From Cetorhinus maximus (taxonomy: Eukaryota), in the NCBI RefSeq assembly GCF_964194155.1, contig NC_135888.1, forward strand, positions 90,334,001 to 90,398,000: 64,000 nucleotides of DNA, read 5' to 3'. Shown here in pieces: positions 13,665 through 26,456 of the stretch. Numbering within the stretch: position 1 is the first letter of the stretch; the number at the start of each line of letters is the position of its first letter. Position numbers and translations under genes: made by a program. The notes beneath the pieces were generated by a model, which did not search any database, was not told where the DNA came from, and saw nothing but the letters and a program-made list of their open reading frames with translations.

Positions 13665-14950
13665 TGTTATGATCCTAAACTGAGGTGATCACTGGACGAG
13701 CCTAATCCCAGGGTGGAACTCAGCTTGATAGATCCTAGCTTTTATTTGATTGTTTAGATAAGTGGAGAGGGGCTACTGAACAGAATCACTGGAGTCAGCT
13801 AATGAACTTTTAGAAAAGCATAAAACATTTATTAAACAATAAAAGATGAACTATATTACAATACTCCTTCACCCACAACTATCCCTTTACAGATATATAC
13901 TGATTTGTAAGGATAATACAAGTTACAAAAACAATCTTGTACTCCAATGTTCACAGTAAGTACACAGTGAGTAAGGCGACCTGTGGTCAGATACATCACA
14001 CTCTGAAACCAAGTGACAGATGCCACCCCAGACAGATGCTATAGATCCCTCCTCAGCTCACCCCAGATGCTTGTCACACTGTGAGTCAATTGGTCTCATT
14101 GAACTCCCTCTTTTACATGAAGGTTTCCAATCTCCGTTTTCCAAGAACTCACCTTGGAATCATCTCCCAAACTGATGCTTTCTCTCAGATGCCTTCCATA
14201 AGGGTTCGTCTCCAGGGTTTTGAATTCTCCTTCCGATGTTCCTCTCCCCTGGGTCACCACATGTATTCAAGCTGTCTTCCACACACTCTTTCTCACCAGC
14301 ACAGCCATCAACAGTACCACTGCTACATATGCCCATAGCAAAGAGTTACAGGCCTTCAGTCTCTTTGGACTTTCTGGCCTCTTATAAGCTGTTCGCACTT
14401 TAAATCTGCTTTCTGAAGCTTTTGTCTCTTTACGTCTAAATATTGGAGCTTTTGCCTCTGCCCCTCACTCTTAACTTCAATTAACAGGACCTTTTTGAGG
14501 TTCCTGTCCTTTCCTTTTACTAGAAGATCTGCTTGGGACTTTCTCCTGTTCCACTCCCCAAGATTTTTGAGTCTTTTCTTTGGCATGGGACTGGCTAACT
14601 GTCCCCTTTACTCCAGTCCCACTTGGCAGCTACTTTAAAAACCAATTGAACTCAAACAGCTTCCAAATCAAACTGCTATTTCTAGTTTCTTCTGTGTATG
14701 TATGTGGGAGGGATCTGCCTCTCTCAATCCCTCAGCTCAGATTTTTTTTTACCCTTGTTTGCTTTACTTAGCTTAGAGTTGTAAAACTTAGGAATGCAGG
14801 TACTTTTTAAAGTGAAACTAAAACTCAATTTGTCCTTTCATAACACACAAATACAGAAATACAAATCAAACTTAAGTATTAAAGCTAAAACTCATTCCTA
14901 ACGCCCACAAATACCAAATAACTTACTTAAACTATATTTATTTCCGAACA
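13665..14950 (-). mobile_element. Solo LTR, same family as 61045-62387
   Basis: Reverse complement starts TGTTCGGAAA and ends GGATCATAACA; the first ~200 bp align by eye with 61045-61240. TSD degenerate. Confidence 0.85.
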
Positions 14951-16132
14951 GTGAGCACCTGTTTACTGTTCCCTATCATGATCCAATGAACTAATGAAAA
15001 TAGCATTAAATAAAGATGCTGCAGTCCCATACACAATAAGGATTGACTCACTAGTTTGCCCCCACACTCCACACACACCTGCAAAGATCAAATGCATGAA
15101 AGGTTAGTAAAGCAGCACCACTTCCACAGTAACTGCACTACTTCTGAATATAAAGGGAAAAAGCATTGCAAAGAAACTGTAGGTAATGCTGCTGCAATAA
15201 GTCATGACAATCTTATATGTCTCTGCAAGAAAAGGCAGCATTTCACAGAAGGTAGGAGGAGGAGGAGAACCTTATCTCAGGCAGAAATCATTATCAGGAC
15301 TATAATTTCAGCAGGTCATGACTGGTTTAGCTCGGGCTACCCATATAAATGTTGGTGGAATACAGATGTTAGTCTGTGATGCCGAAACAACTGAAGCAGA
15401 AGCAGAAAGTCACTACATTTGCAAAAAGACCAACCAAGCCTGAGCATTATGTTTTGAAAGAGATGGCAGGACTTCACTGAGATTCATTGTTACCTTTCCT
15501 TCCCTCCCAGTACTGCTCAATGTGTCCAAATAATTGGGACCTTTCTACCCAGATAACAGTGATGACGCCAACTCTCGTTAGATGTATTCTTGGAAGTTCG
15601 GTTATATCATGTTTGGTATGGGGTGGGGGGAAAGGAGAGTGAAAGGGAAAATCTTCTGACCCACAGGTTGAGAAAGCAGAGTAAGAACAGGAATCTAAGA
15701 TCACTGATGTTGCAAAAAGTTTAACAAATAGAAGTACTGTTCTGTACCAAGAGTCTCAGCTGTGCCTGAGTGCACTTTGACCCTCCAATGGAAAAAAGCT
15801 GTATTCTGCTGTAAAAGGCGTACATCCCTTGAAAAGAGGGTGAAACAAAATTATCAGTTTCTCATGAACAGGTTCACACTAGCAAATAGAAACACATCTA
15901 AAATAAGAGACTCCTGGATCTTAAGCCACTACTTATAGTAAGCATACAAAAGTGATTGAATCACAATTGTAATGTTAAAAACAATCTGTTATATTTTAGA
16001 TAGAAATGAAAATGTGGATTTATAGTGATCAACTGAAATTCAGGACTGTGATATTGGACAAAACAAGCTAGATCTCATTTTGCTGTGTGTGCAATGCTGA
16101 GTAATAGCTTGATTGATATCTAAGAGGCAACA

Positions 16133-16375
16133 TGTCTTTTTTTTTTGTTTCAGTGTTGCACACAGGCCGTCGATATTGTAGCTGAGCTAACTTTATTGAT
16201 AACACATTTTCCTAACATAAACACATATCTGCAGTAACTGAATCCTATCAAGACAGACTCCAACATGTGCTATCTGACCTTCAACCCCCAGGTCAGGTGA
16301 CCCCCTATCTAGTAGAGAGTACCGTATAATATTTACTACTGGAGTCCACTACCACAATCAGCTATTATCATGACA
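16133..16375 (-). repeat. 3' LTR of the Gypsy element
   Basis: Direct repeat of 19737-19975, roughly 90% identical by eye. Confidence 0.95.
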
Positions 16376-19300
16376 TTTCCCCTTTTAAAAAAAACCTTTC
16401 ATACAACTCAAGTACACAAGGTCTCTTATCTATTCTTTCTCACTCTGTTTTGATCAGTCTATTTTGCCTTTTACTCGTCTCTGTATCTCTGTGGTTTTTT
16501 TTCACAATTCTTCCACTGTATGTTCTGAATGGTGACAGAGATGATTTTGAAGGACACGGGGCCTTCTCCAGCTCTGTGTCACTATCACCACCTGGATAGT
16601 TTTCAGAACTCTCAGGCTTTGTCTGGTTATCTGTTGCTTCACTGGTGCATTCTGGTTTTTGATCTTCAACTACTCTTTCTGGTTCAGAGGAGGGTTGAGT
16701 TTCATTTGTTTTCAATAAGAATTTCCAATTTCTCCTGTACAGTTATCTGTTTGGATACTGCATTATGTAAGAACTTGGTTCTCCTGTGATTCCTGTAACA
16801 TCAGCAGGATCCCAGATCCATTCATGCTGAATCCTCACTGTCTCTCCCATGTACAGGTCAGGCAGAGGTCGGGCACCTTGATCAAAATACTGTTTCTGCT
16901 TCTGCTGTCTCAGTTTGAGCAGGTCCTGCACGCTGTAGCTCACTGGCTGTGGAAATAACAGTTGGGACACAGTTGGAAGCTTAGGTCTTAGACTTCTCCC
17001 CATCAGGAATGTGCTGATGATCCAATGGCCTCTAATGGAGTATTCCTGAAATCCAGCAGAGCCAAGTAAGAGTCTCTTCCGTCCACCTTTGCCTTCTTCA
17101 ACAGGTATTTTAAGGTCTGCACAGTATGTTCCACCATTCTGTTGGATTGTGGATATTTGAAACTTGACGTATTGTGGCAAAACTCCCAGTCCTGTGCAAA
17201 TTTGTGAAACTCAGTGCCTGAGAATTGTGGACCATTATCTGAGATGAGCACTTCAGGTATGCCATGGCAAGAAAAAAATGATTTTAAATGATTTATTACA
17301 GCGATGCTCTTACTATCATTTCTCAGCAGCACAGACTCAAAAACCATTAAGTAATAATCTACTGCTAGTAGGTACTCACTGTTGCCAAATGTGAACAAGT
17401 CCACTCCAATTTTCTGCCAGGTCCTCTCTGGAACACTGTATGGTTGAAGTAGTTCTTTTTGTTGTGATTTACTGTACTTCTGGCACACTGCACACACATT
17501 CACCATTTCACCGATTTGTGCTCCCATTCCAGCCAATACATTACATCTCGAGCTCTTCTCCTGCATGTTTCTATGCCGAGGTGACTTTCATGGATGCGCT
17601 ACAGCATTTCTTTCCTCAGTGTTGCAGGAATTATGATCTTTTCTCCCTTGAAAAGCACTCCTTCTGCTACATGAAGTTCCTCACGAAAGTTCTAATACTC
17701 TTGTACAGCAGAAAGGGCTCTGCTCCGATGTGTGGGTCAGTCAGTTTGCACAATCTGCTGCAGTTTTCTCAGAGTGGCTCGGAATGAATTTCCCGAGGTA
17801 GGTCACCATTCCCAAAAACCTCCAAGTCTTTCTTACATTCTGGGGGTGGTATTTTCATGACTGCTTTGATTTTACTAGGGTCTGGCTTCAGTCCCTCAGT
17901 TGTTAGCACATGTTCCAAGTGCTTGATTTTATGAAGACCTATTTTATACTTTTCCTTCTTCAACTAGCTCTGGTCAGCACCTGCCTCAGTTTGTGGTTGT
18001 GTTCTTCTCATGAGGTTCCCCAGACCAGCATGTTGTCAATATAGGTTTTCACGCCCTCTAACCCTTCAAACAGCTGCCTCACTGTTCTGTGGAACACCTC
18101 TACAGCTGAATTAATACCAAAATGTAAGTATAACAGCCTGTATCGCCCGTATGGTGTGTTGAAGGTACAGAGATAGGAGCTGCGTTTATCGAGCTTGACC
18201 TGCCAGAAGCCTGAACTCGCATCCAAGGCTGAATAGTATTTAGCATCAACTAGCTTACATGTAATCTCTTCTACTCTGGGCAGCTGGTATTGCTCTCTTC
18301 GTGCTGCCTGGTTTAGGTCTCTGGGATCCAAACAGACTTGCAGATTTCCATCTGATTTTACTACAGTTAGAATTTGATTAGCCCGCTTTGTCGGTTCTTC
18401 AATTTTCTTAATGATGTGAAGTTTCTCCATTCTGTCCAACTCTGCGTCAGTCGATCTCTCAGCATTACTGGTATTTTCCTCGGCAGGTATATTTTGGGTG
18501 TCACAGTTTTGTCAATGTTGATGGTGTGTTCTCCTTTTAGGCAGCCAATCCCCTGAAACACATCTCTATACTTGCTCAGGATGTCATCAGTGGCAACAGT
18601 CATTATTCTCTTCATTAGCTTCAGATTTTCACAAGCTTTGATTTCAAGAGTGGACTTTGCATCCGTTTTGACCACTGTGAATGGAAGTGCTTAAGCCTGT
18701 TTTTTGTCGTTCACTTTAAGTGTGCACTTGCCTTTTACTGCAATTTTTTCACCTATATAAGTAGACAGCTTCACTTTTGTTTTAGTTAGCTGTTTTTCTT
18801 TGCTTATCTTACAATACAGGCTTATGGGAATGACATTTGCTTGTGCACCTATGTCAAGCTTGAAATTCACTGTCATGCTGGCAATTTTTAAATCAACCTT
18901 CCATTGGTCTTCTTTGGAATTTGTTGTTGCTGCACCAACGAAAAGTTCTGTTTCAGTGTCTGTGTCAATCGTGCGTACTTTCTTGAATTTACACATCTTA
19001 GCAAAGTGATTTAGTTTATCACAGTTCTTACACTTCTTTCCGTAGGCTGGATAACTACGTGGTAAATGCTCTGTTCTGCACTGGCTGCATTCAAATGTTT
19101 TAATAGCAGTTTTGTTGTTTTTATGTTCAGACACTCTATTTGCTCTTTCCCAGGGCTGTTTGTGTTTAACTGCATCTAACTGCTTGACCATGTGTGGCTT
19201 ATCATCTTCCGTCATCTGTTTAACCTGGCATATTGTTGTCTCCCGCTCTGCAAGTATTTATTGCTTTCTCCAGCGTGAGACCAACTTCTCTCAAAAGCTG

Positions 19301-19736
19301 TTCTCTCAGACAGTCATTTGTGATCCCACAAATTATTCTATCTCAGATGAGTGATTCTTCATGCTCTCCAGGCTCATATGATTTAGCTCATTTTCTCTAC
19401 TCAGTTATGTACTGACTAATGTTGTCACAGCCTTGCATGTACGTGAAAAATCAATATCTTTCATACATGATGTTTTTCTTAGAGCAGTAGGCTTCGAATT
19501 TTACCATTATTTCTTTTTCTTGTTTTGCTTCTCATCGCTTTCAAATGTGAATGTGTTATAGATTTCTATGGCTGCTTCCCCTGCTTTGTGAAGAAAAGTT
19601 GAGGACTGTACCTGTGAGGTACAGCTCGAATCGCTGCCTGAACCTCTTCCAGTTTTTGGCGCGATTGCCCTCCAAACTGAGCTCTGTCGGTGGTTTCAGA
19701 GCCTCCATTTTTGCGCTTAGTTTACCTATGACACCA

Positions 19737-19975
19737 TGTCTTGTTTTTTGTTTCAGTGATGCACACAGACAACATTGTAGCTGAACTAATTTTATTGATA
19801 ACACATTTTCCTAACATGAACACATATCTGCAGTAATTGAGTTCTGTCAAGACAGACTCTCAACATGTTCTATCTGACCTTCAAACCCCAGGTCAGGTGA
19901 CCCCCTATCTTGTACAGAGTCCCGTATAACATCTAATACTGGAGTCCACAACCACAATCAGCTATTATCATGACA
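19737..19975 (-). repeat. 5' LTR of the Gypsy element
   Basis: Direct repeat of 16133-16375, followed on the minus strand by the PBS. Confidence 0.95.
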
Positions 19976-20669
19976 ACGGGCTAGATAACTTGAACAATGA
20001 CGTTCCAAACATTCATCATACGGAGAGGGTTGGACTTCACCTAGTGTGTATGAGAATGAGTAATGGCAGCGTCTCTTATTGGTTGAAACCTGAAAGTTGC
20101 AACAAAGCTGTAGGGTTTATTTGTTTTATTAATTATATACTTGATTTTTAGTCAATTATGAAGAAGCACTTTGCACTTAAACAGAAAAGAAAAATCCCTG
20201 CATTGTGCAGTAAACATTGTGCTAGTTATAAGTAAAATCACGTGTTTTGGATAGATTTATTATTGATTACAAGTTTTAGAAAATTGAGTGCTGAGAGTCT
20301 CAGGCTTTCTTCTATGTATTTCTAAGGAAAAGTGGCTATTTTCCCTTCCTATCTATGGTGATGGTTATTTAAAAGGGCATTATGTTACAGTATTTTGTCA
20401 GTTAACAGGACACCACCATGTAGCTGGACCTGCCTGCAGACATTATCTCACTTTCTTGCTGTCAGCAGTTGGCCTCCTCTATATGCAATTCTGTCTATTT
20501 AAGTTGCTTCAGCATTTCTATAATGTCTTATTATTTTCAAAACGTCCATTTCAAAAAAAAATCACAGCACAACACTGGGTGAGGAGGGCCATTCATCCCA
20601 TCTTAATTTAGTTCATTCATCCTGAACAGTTCTCTATAACTCCTGCTAGTACACCAGATCTAACTGCGG

Positions 20670-21250
20670 AGGCATTGGGATGGAAGGGTCAGGAGGGGTT
20701 GGGGGGTTGGTTTGTGGTAGTAATCGAATAGGTATTATCACAAGATCATCCACTTCAGCTGCTAGATCATGTATGCTCAGTGGGGGAAACAACAGGGATC
20801 AAAGGCCGAATCTTGTGGAGGTGATTGGGGTCTCGGCCTCCAGCTGGAGCCCTGTGTTGCCTCTTTTTGGGAAAGCCAGCCGCATCTTGTGCTTTTCAGG
20901 CACTTGGCAGCCTTTTCCTGGGATCAAGGAGGTGGCTGCTGCCGGTGCTACACTCACCCAAGGTCTCGGATCAAGGAGGGACCCAGGTACAGGTGAGGGA
21001 TGGTGAGAAGATTGGCATGGGGTGGGGGGGGGGGGTCGCAAGGAAAGGGGGTCAGCAGCAAGGGCCGTGGCTGGCTTTCTCAATGCTGGATCCCTCGATC
21101 GGGTACTGAGTGCCTTTGAACCAGGGACCCTCCCCTCCACACCCCAGGAGCCGCAAGCAAACCTGCCAGAGTTTGCTTGCCGAGCTCCCCCTATGGTGAG
21201 CAACAGTGCCCAGGAGATTCATCTTCCGTTTTGGGAAAATTGTGAACCTT
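20670..21250. mobile_element. Degenerate GC-rich non-autonomous DNA transposon
   Basis: GC/G-run-rich island similar in style to 1480-2120 and 28425-29233; ends unresolved. Confidence 0.35.
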
Positions 21251-22239
21251 ACATAATCACATCCATTTAATTGTTAACTTACCTTTCTGTTATCTTACCT
21301 TTATGCCCTCACAAGAAAAAAAGAGCAATCAAAGGACTAAATCTCCATAGAAGCTGTAAGAAGCACCTCATCATGCACTCCCCACAATCCCAACAGATCT
21401 GTCCATATATCTGGTCGCCTGCATCTCTTGTTTGGGTGTTCCAGGAAACTCAATCTTCTAGAGGTTTTTTTATTTATACTGACATGTTACTCTTGTTTTA
21501 TTTGCCTCTTCTGCATGTTAAAAATTGGTGGTATTGTCTCATTTATTTAAATTAGTTAATGCCTCTGTTAAAATAACAGACAAACTTTAATGTTTCAGAG
21601 TGTACACAATTTTGCCAATATTCTCCTGATTAATCTCATAATGTCCATTAGATTCAGCTTGCACAGCACTCAACAATGCCTTGTCCTGTCCTTCAAAGTT
21701 CTGTTTGCTCAACACTCAATCTTCCCATAGCACTTACTTTATTTTTCCTCAGTGCTTTCAACTGAAAGTCCTTGACCACAAAAATTCAGCTCCATTGTTC
21801 CCATTGTTACAGATTGCTTATGGATTATGGATGCTGCTTTGGTACCAAAATGGCATCCATGCCACGGTCCCTTCGGTGCAGACCCCTCTGAGTGTCATCA
21901 TGGTGAGGGTTCAGTGTGAGCGTTGGGAGTGTGTACCAGAAGTATACAGTGCAGGCAGATTGTAACATGAGTCAGCATGACTTGACACCAAGTTGAAATT
22001 GCTTATGGTTGGTGAACTCTTCACAGAGTGATACTACATGCGGGGAGGGTGTTGCTTGTGACTGCAAGGGCTCTGGCCGCACCATTTGCTCCCAGTCATG
22101 CAGGCTATTATAGCAGTCCCTCTTGGACTGTAACATGAGATGGAAGTGGTCCCGAGGCAGTAAATAAGAGAACCAGTTCTCACAGAGGCAGGAGGAGGGA
22201 AATGTTGAAGGGCTGTCAGCAAGGGGCCTCATCCACCGA

Positions 22240-22690
22240 GGGTCTTCACTTCTTCTACCTTCACCTAAGCCAGGTGCAGCTTGTACATCATTTGTGGTTC
22301 ATGAAGGAGATGCTCACAGAACCCTTCCATCTCTTGAAACCAGACCTGCAGCCTCAGAGCAGAGTGAGGACAGTGCTCCAGTGGATGTGAAGAGGATCAT
22401 AGCCTTGAATCTTCATACAGCAGGATCCTCCCAGGCTGGAACCAGCAACATATCTAACATCCCCCAGCTCACTGGCTATTGGAACCTACACACATGTGGC
22501 GGCAAGCATTTGGTGAGAGCCATGCTTCCATGAGAAACGTAATGAAGCAGGTGATTGTGGTCCTGAAATATGGTTCTGCTATCTTGACCACTTTGGAGCA
22601 GCCCTCCAGTACTCACTGGAACAGATGTCCTGATTTGTGGTAGCCTGCTGCATCCTTTACAATCTGGCCATCATAAGGACAGAGTTCTTG
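22240..22690 (+). pseudogene. Harbinger (HARBI1-like) DDE transposase remnant, internally deleted
   Basis: N-part LLKPDLQPQ...PVDVKRIIALNLHTAGSSQ joined almost directly to the C-part SHASMRNVMKQVIVVLK..FCYLDHFGAALQYSLEQMS*FVVACCILYNLA. Confidence 0.85.
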
Positions 22691-22979
22691 CCACCAGGGA
22701 TCGGCATGTACCTCAAGAGGAGCAAGAGGAAGGGTGAAGGCAGCCAGCATGCCCGTGTTCCTGATGGGTTGCCCTTGGGCCTCTCTTTCAACTCCAGTTC
22801 CCGTGAACACAAACCCAGTCTTCATTGTACAACAGTTCCACACCTTATCATTCTGTGCCTTCTTGGTATCATCCTAAAATAAAAGCCACCACTGAATAAC
22901 TATTCCGTAGAACCATTACCCAACAAAACATTCAGCATCCCATACAAAGCACAACTGCTCACTCTCGTGCATTCCCTTA

Positions 22980-24030
22980 GTGCCTGTCGTGCGGGTGCCA
23001 TTGCCTGACCTGGTGCTCCTATTCAATGCTATCCATGTGACTGCGGTATGGCTGGTAAAAGGCTGTTGGCTTTCAATGGGGAAGATTGCAAATGGTCTGT
23101 GCTAGAGCAGCTTTGGACCTAAAAGGCCTGGCTTTAACTGTACCACCTCAGCTGGATGGCAGTAACCTGGGGAAGCTGGCTAACCAACAGCAGCAAGGGC
23201 ACTGGCAGAGTGGCAGCGTTGGGAACAAGAATGCTGTCATTTTGAAAGAGGATAGCAGGGTTTGTGCTCCACAGAGCCACTGGTACGCCTGCAGAGCAGG
23301 GCCTCACCAGTGCAAGTAATTTGCTGGAGCACAGATTGCTAGGCTGAGTGAAACACAGAAAGTCCCTTTGAGCATTGGTAGCTGCAGCCAGGATGGCAAC
23401 AAGCTGAGATTTCATCAGCTCAGCCTGAGCGTGGCTTCTGCTTGTGCTACAAATAAAGCTGAGACATTGACTACCAGTCATTGCATTATGGTAGGTGTTC
23501 TCATGGAGTTGGCCACCATCTTTCAAGATGAAAAGGATGAGATCCAAGCTTTGCACAAATTCCTGTGCCAAGTTGGAACCAGAATCCTCCATGTTCCTTG
23601 ACAATGATAGCAGACTTTCTGGCAGGTCTGTCAACACACCAAACACTTATGTGTGCATTTCCATCAGCTTTTTCCTAAATGTCACCCCATCAAAGTTCTC
23701 ATCGGAATTCTCTACAGCAGAACTCATGTGCGATCTCACCTTCTGGGGAGATGGAAAACACTCTGTTTTTTCCCTCTGGCCTCACTGCAGTCCGTTCAGG
23801 TCCAGTGACTCACTGGGTGAAACTTAGGGTGGGATTTTTCAGCCCCGCCCACCACCGGGATTGTCTGGTCCTGCCGTAAGTCAATGGAATTTTGGTTGGG
23901 CCGCCAAATCTCCCGTGTCAGGTCTCGCCACAACGGGGCTGGAAAATCCCGGCCTTAGCCAAGGCAGCGAGGGTCCCCAACATCTGGCCCATGAACCTAA
24001 GGGCAACCCTGTCTAGGCTATTTGTGGAAC
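22980..24030 (-). pseudogene. Harbinger second ORF (Myb/SANT-like protein, C-terminal part) convergent with the transposase
   Basis: ORF 23134-23646 is on the opposite strand, tail-to-tail with the transposase remnant, and resembles 8517-8807. Confidence 0.55.
23827..23954. mobile_element. 128-bp Harbinger MITE
   Basis: TIRs GGGTGGGATTTT / AAAATCCCGGCC, TSD TTA; related to 43789-43915. Confidence 0.9.
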
Positions 24031-24333
24031 TCATGGCTACATTTTTGATTGTTCCAAATCTGCACTCTTCTCACCACATTCAAGGACCTCCTCAAAACCC
24101 TGCCACCAAGAAATTTTTCACCTTCCCATGCTGTTGCACCTTTTATCAGTTTTTTTTTCTCTTCCTTCTGTAAAGCACCTGGGCAGTCTTTCAATGATAA
24201 AGGTGCTATATTAATGCAAATAGTTGTTCTCCATTGTCTCCCATTTCACAACGTTCTCCTCTGTAGTACATGCAAGCTCTGAATGATTGATTGTGATGAG
24301 CCTTCAGTCTGAAATCTCACCTGTATATATCAT

Positions 24334-25550
24334 GGGCTGGATTTTCAGTCCGCGAATCAGACGCGCAGCCCCAGCCCTGCACATGCACGTAAAATAGGGT
24401 GTAATGGCGTTGTGTTGGCAAGTTGACATGATCACGCCAGTTTCCCAGATTATGGAAGATGAGCAGGGGTGAAAATCATGTGCCAGCCCATTGTTTTGAA
24501 ATTACTAATTAACAAACTATGAAGCTTGTTAATAATTTTTCTAACTATACCTCAGATATTGCCAAGCTCACTATTTTAAGTGAGGGCTGAGATAATTGAT
24601 ATAGACCAGATTTTAAACCTGTTCCCCTGGCATGAATGGTCTGAGCAGCCAGTTCAAATGGTGGTGTTGCACTCCTGCTGCATTTGTGCCCACCGCCATT
24701 TTAACCTTGCTGATTTTGAACTAGAGTGAGGTGCCACCACATCCAGGCATGTGTTCCATTCAAAATGTAAAAGCTCCAATGGTGGTATCAGGGCCCCAAT
24801 GTCATTTTAACTGAAAATCACAGAATCTCCACCGAACCTTGAACCCAGCAGTACAACCAGGCGGGATTGCTGTATTCAAGCTACTGAAGCTAAATAAAAA
24901 GGGGCTCTTAGCTGTAACTCAATGGTTCAGAGGATCATTTTGCTGCCCAGTTTGTCAGGGCAGTTTCCAGCTTCCAGATTGTTTTCGGACTTTTTTGTTC
25001 CTGTCACCTGAAGTAAGCCTTAGCTGCTTATTATGAAGGCTATTAAGCTTGTTCATAACCCACACATATTCCTAACCCACTCTATTTATCAGGCATAGGA
25101 CACAAAAAATTTTGGGAGTGTTTTACAGCAGCTATGAGGTGACACAGGGTAGATGAAAAGGCCTGCATAGTTGCAAGTTCCAACAGAATCTGATGGGAAA
25201 GGTGGCAGTGTCTGTCAGGTTTTTTATGACTTTTAAAAAATCTTTTTGGACCCTTCATTAAAAGTTAAATGCTGATTCTGAGAGCAGGGGGTGTTTACAA
25301 ATCTAGCCGTGATCGACTTCCTGTTTGTGGCTTTACCCCTCTGCTGCATGGCATTCTGGCCTACAGTGCCAATTGGGCATGGGGCTCTCCTTTTGCACCT
25401 ATAATTGACCTCCTTCCCACCAGATGGCCACTAATTGGCCATCTGACACTTGATTGGAGGAACAGAGATGGTGGGGGTGGGAGCAAGCAGGCCACTAAGT
25501 TTCTGTTCCGCCTATCTCACCCCACTGAGAAATGTAAAATTCACTCCCAT
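24334..25550. mobile_element. Non-autonomous Harbinger-like element containing a duplicated segment
   Basis: Left TIR GGGCTGGATTTT at 24334; a right-end-like GTAAAATTCAC near 25545. Confidence 0.5.
24546..25040 (+). repeat. Direct repeat copy 1 of a ~490-bp segment
   Basis: Aligns colinearly with 26457-26950, from TATACC.CAGATATTGCCAAG to TTAGCTGCTTATTATGAAG. Confidence 0.95.
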
Positions 25551-25721
25551 ATTTTGTGTTTGCTTTCTGAATAATTTGTTCTTTTGACTTCTATGTTGCG
25601 CAATGTGCTGCATTATTCTTTCTGCACAGAATAAATAAAGGTTTTGCGAGATAATCCTGCATGTTGTAAAGGGTATGAAGTGGCAAGAAATAATAGATTC
25701 ACCTTTCATTTGCCTGATAAT

Positions 25722-25981
25722 GGCCAGAAATTTACGCTTCCCCACCAGCAGGATTTTAGGCGGGGGTGGAACATCAAATTGAAGGAATGGGATCTGATTG
25801 GCCAGCAGCACTCTAAGGCGGGACTTCCTCCCAAGCGTGGGGCAGAAGTGGTCCCTGCAGACATTTAACACTCATTTGAGTGTGAAATGACTGTGGGGCA
25901 CACAGAATCAGCAGGGATGTGTTCCCCACTGACTCTTCGGATGGTGGGAAGCGAGTCCCTGCCATCCAAAAAATTCAGGCC
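25722..25981. mobile_element. 260-bp Harbinger MITE
   Basis: GGCCAGAAATTT...AAATTCAGGCC with TSD AAT. Confidence 0.75.
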
Positions 25982-26456
25982 AATATGTTACTATTGAGCA
26001 TCATGTGACTTGATGCTGATTATATCAAAGGTAAAATCTAAACCAGGTTTAAGCTAAGTGTTTACATATTTATAAGTTCATTATAAAATCTTAAAACTTT
26101 AAACCTGTAGTACCTGAAAAAGTGAAAATGATATTGTATTAATAGGGCTTTTTTTAAATTTGAAGAAAAGTCAATGAATATTATAAATGTCACTTGTGCA
26201 ATAATTCCCATTGGTTTTAATGATGTAAAGTATAGAGAATGATAAATTGTCATAAAGGACAAATAATATAAAATATATATTTAAATGAATAGCTATTGGT
26301 TAGAAACCTTTAACACAGACTGGTTGTAAATCTCCAGTTAACAGAATTTGATCATGATAAAAGAGTTATGTTGTCACTCTGAATGAATTTTGCATACTGG
26401 TACATTTTTCTAGTTAGTGCATTCATCTATCTCTATTATTTTTTTTCTAGATTTAA

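Larger units (their letters stand above)
16133..19975 (-). mobile_element. Gypsy/Ty3 LTR retrotransposon (K02A2.6-like), two LTRs, decayed gag-pol
   Basis: LTRs 16133-16375 and 19737-19975 (TGTC...GACA); PBS TGGTGTCA adjacent to the 5' LTR; PPT AAAAGGGGAAA at 16376-16386. Gag MEALKPPTELSLEGN and knuckle CKNCDKLNHFAKMC, protease FKLDIGAQANVI, RT LDASSGFWQ and YIDNMLVWG, integrase ISDNGPQF. Confidence 0.97.

Noticed and set aside
22240-22690. Host HARBI1 gene
   Set aside because: Stops, frameshifts and loss of the catalytic middle mark it as a transposon fossil, so no gene symbol was given.
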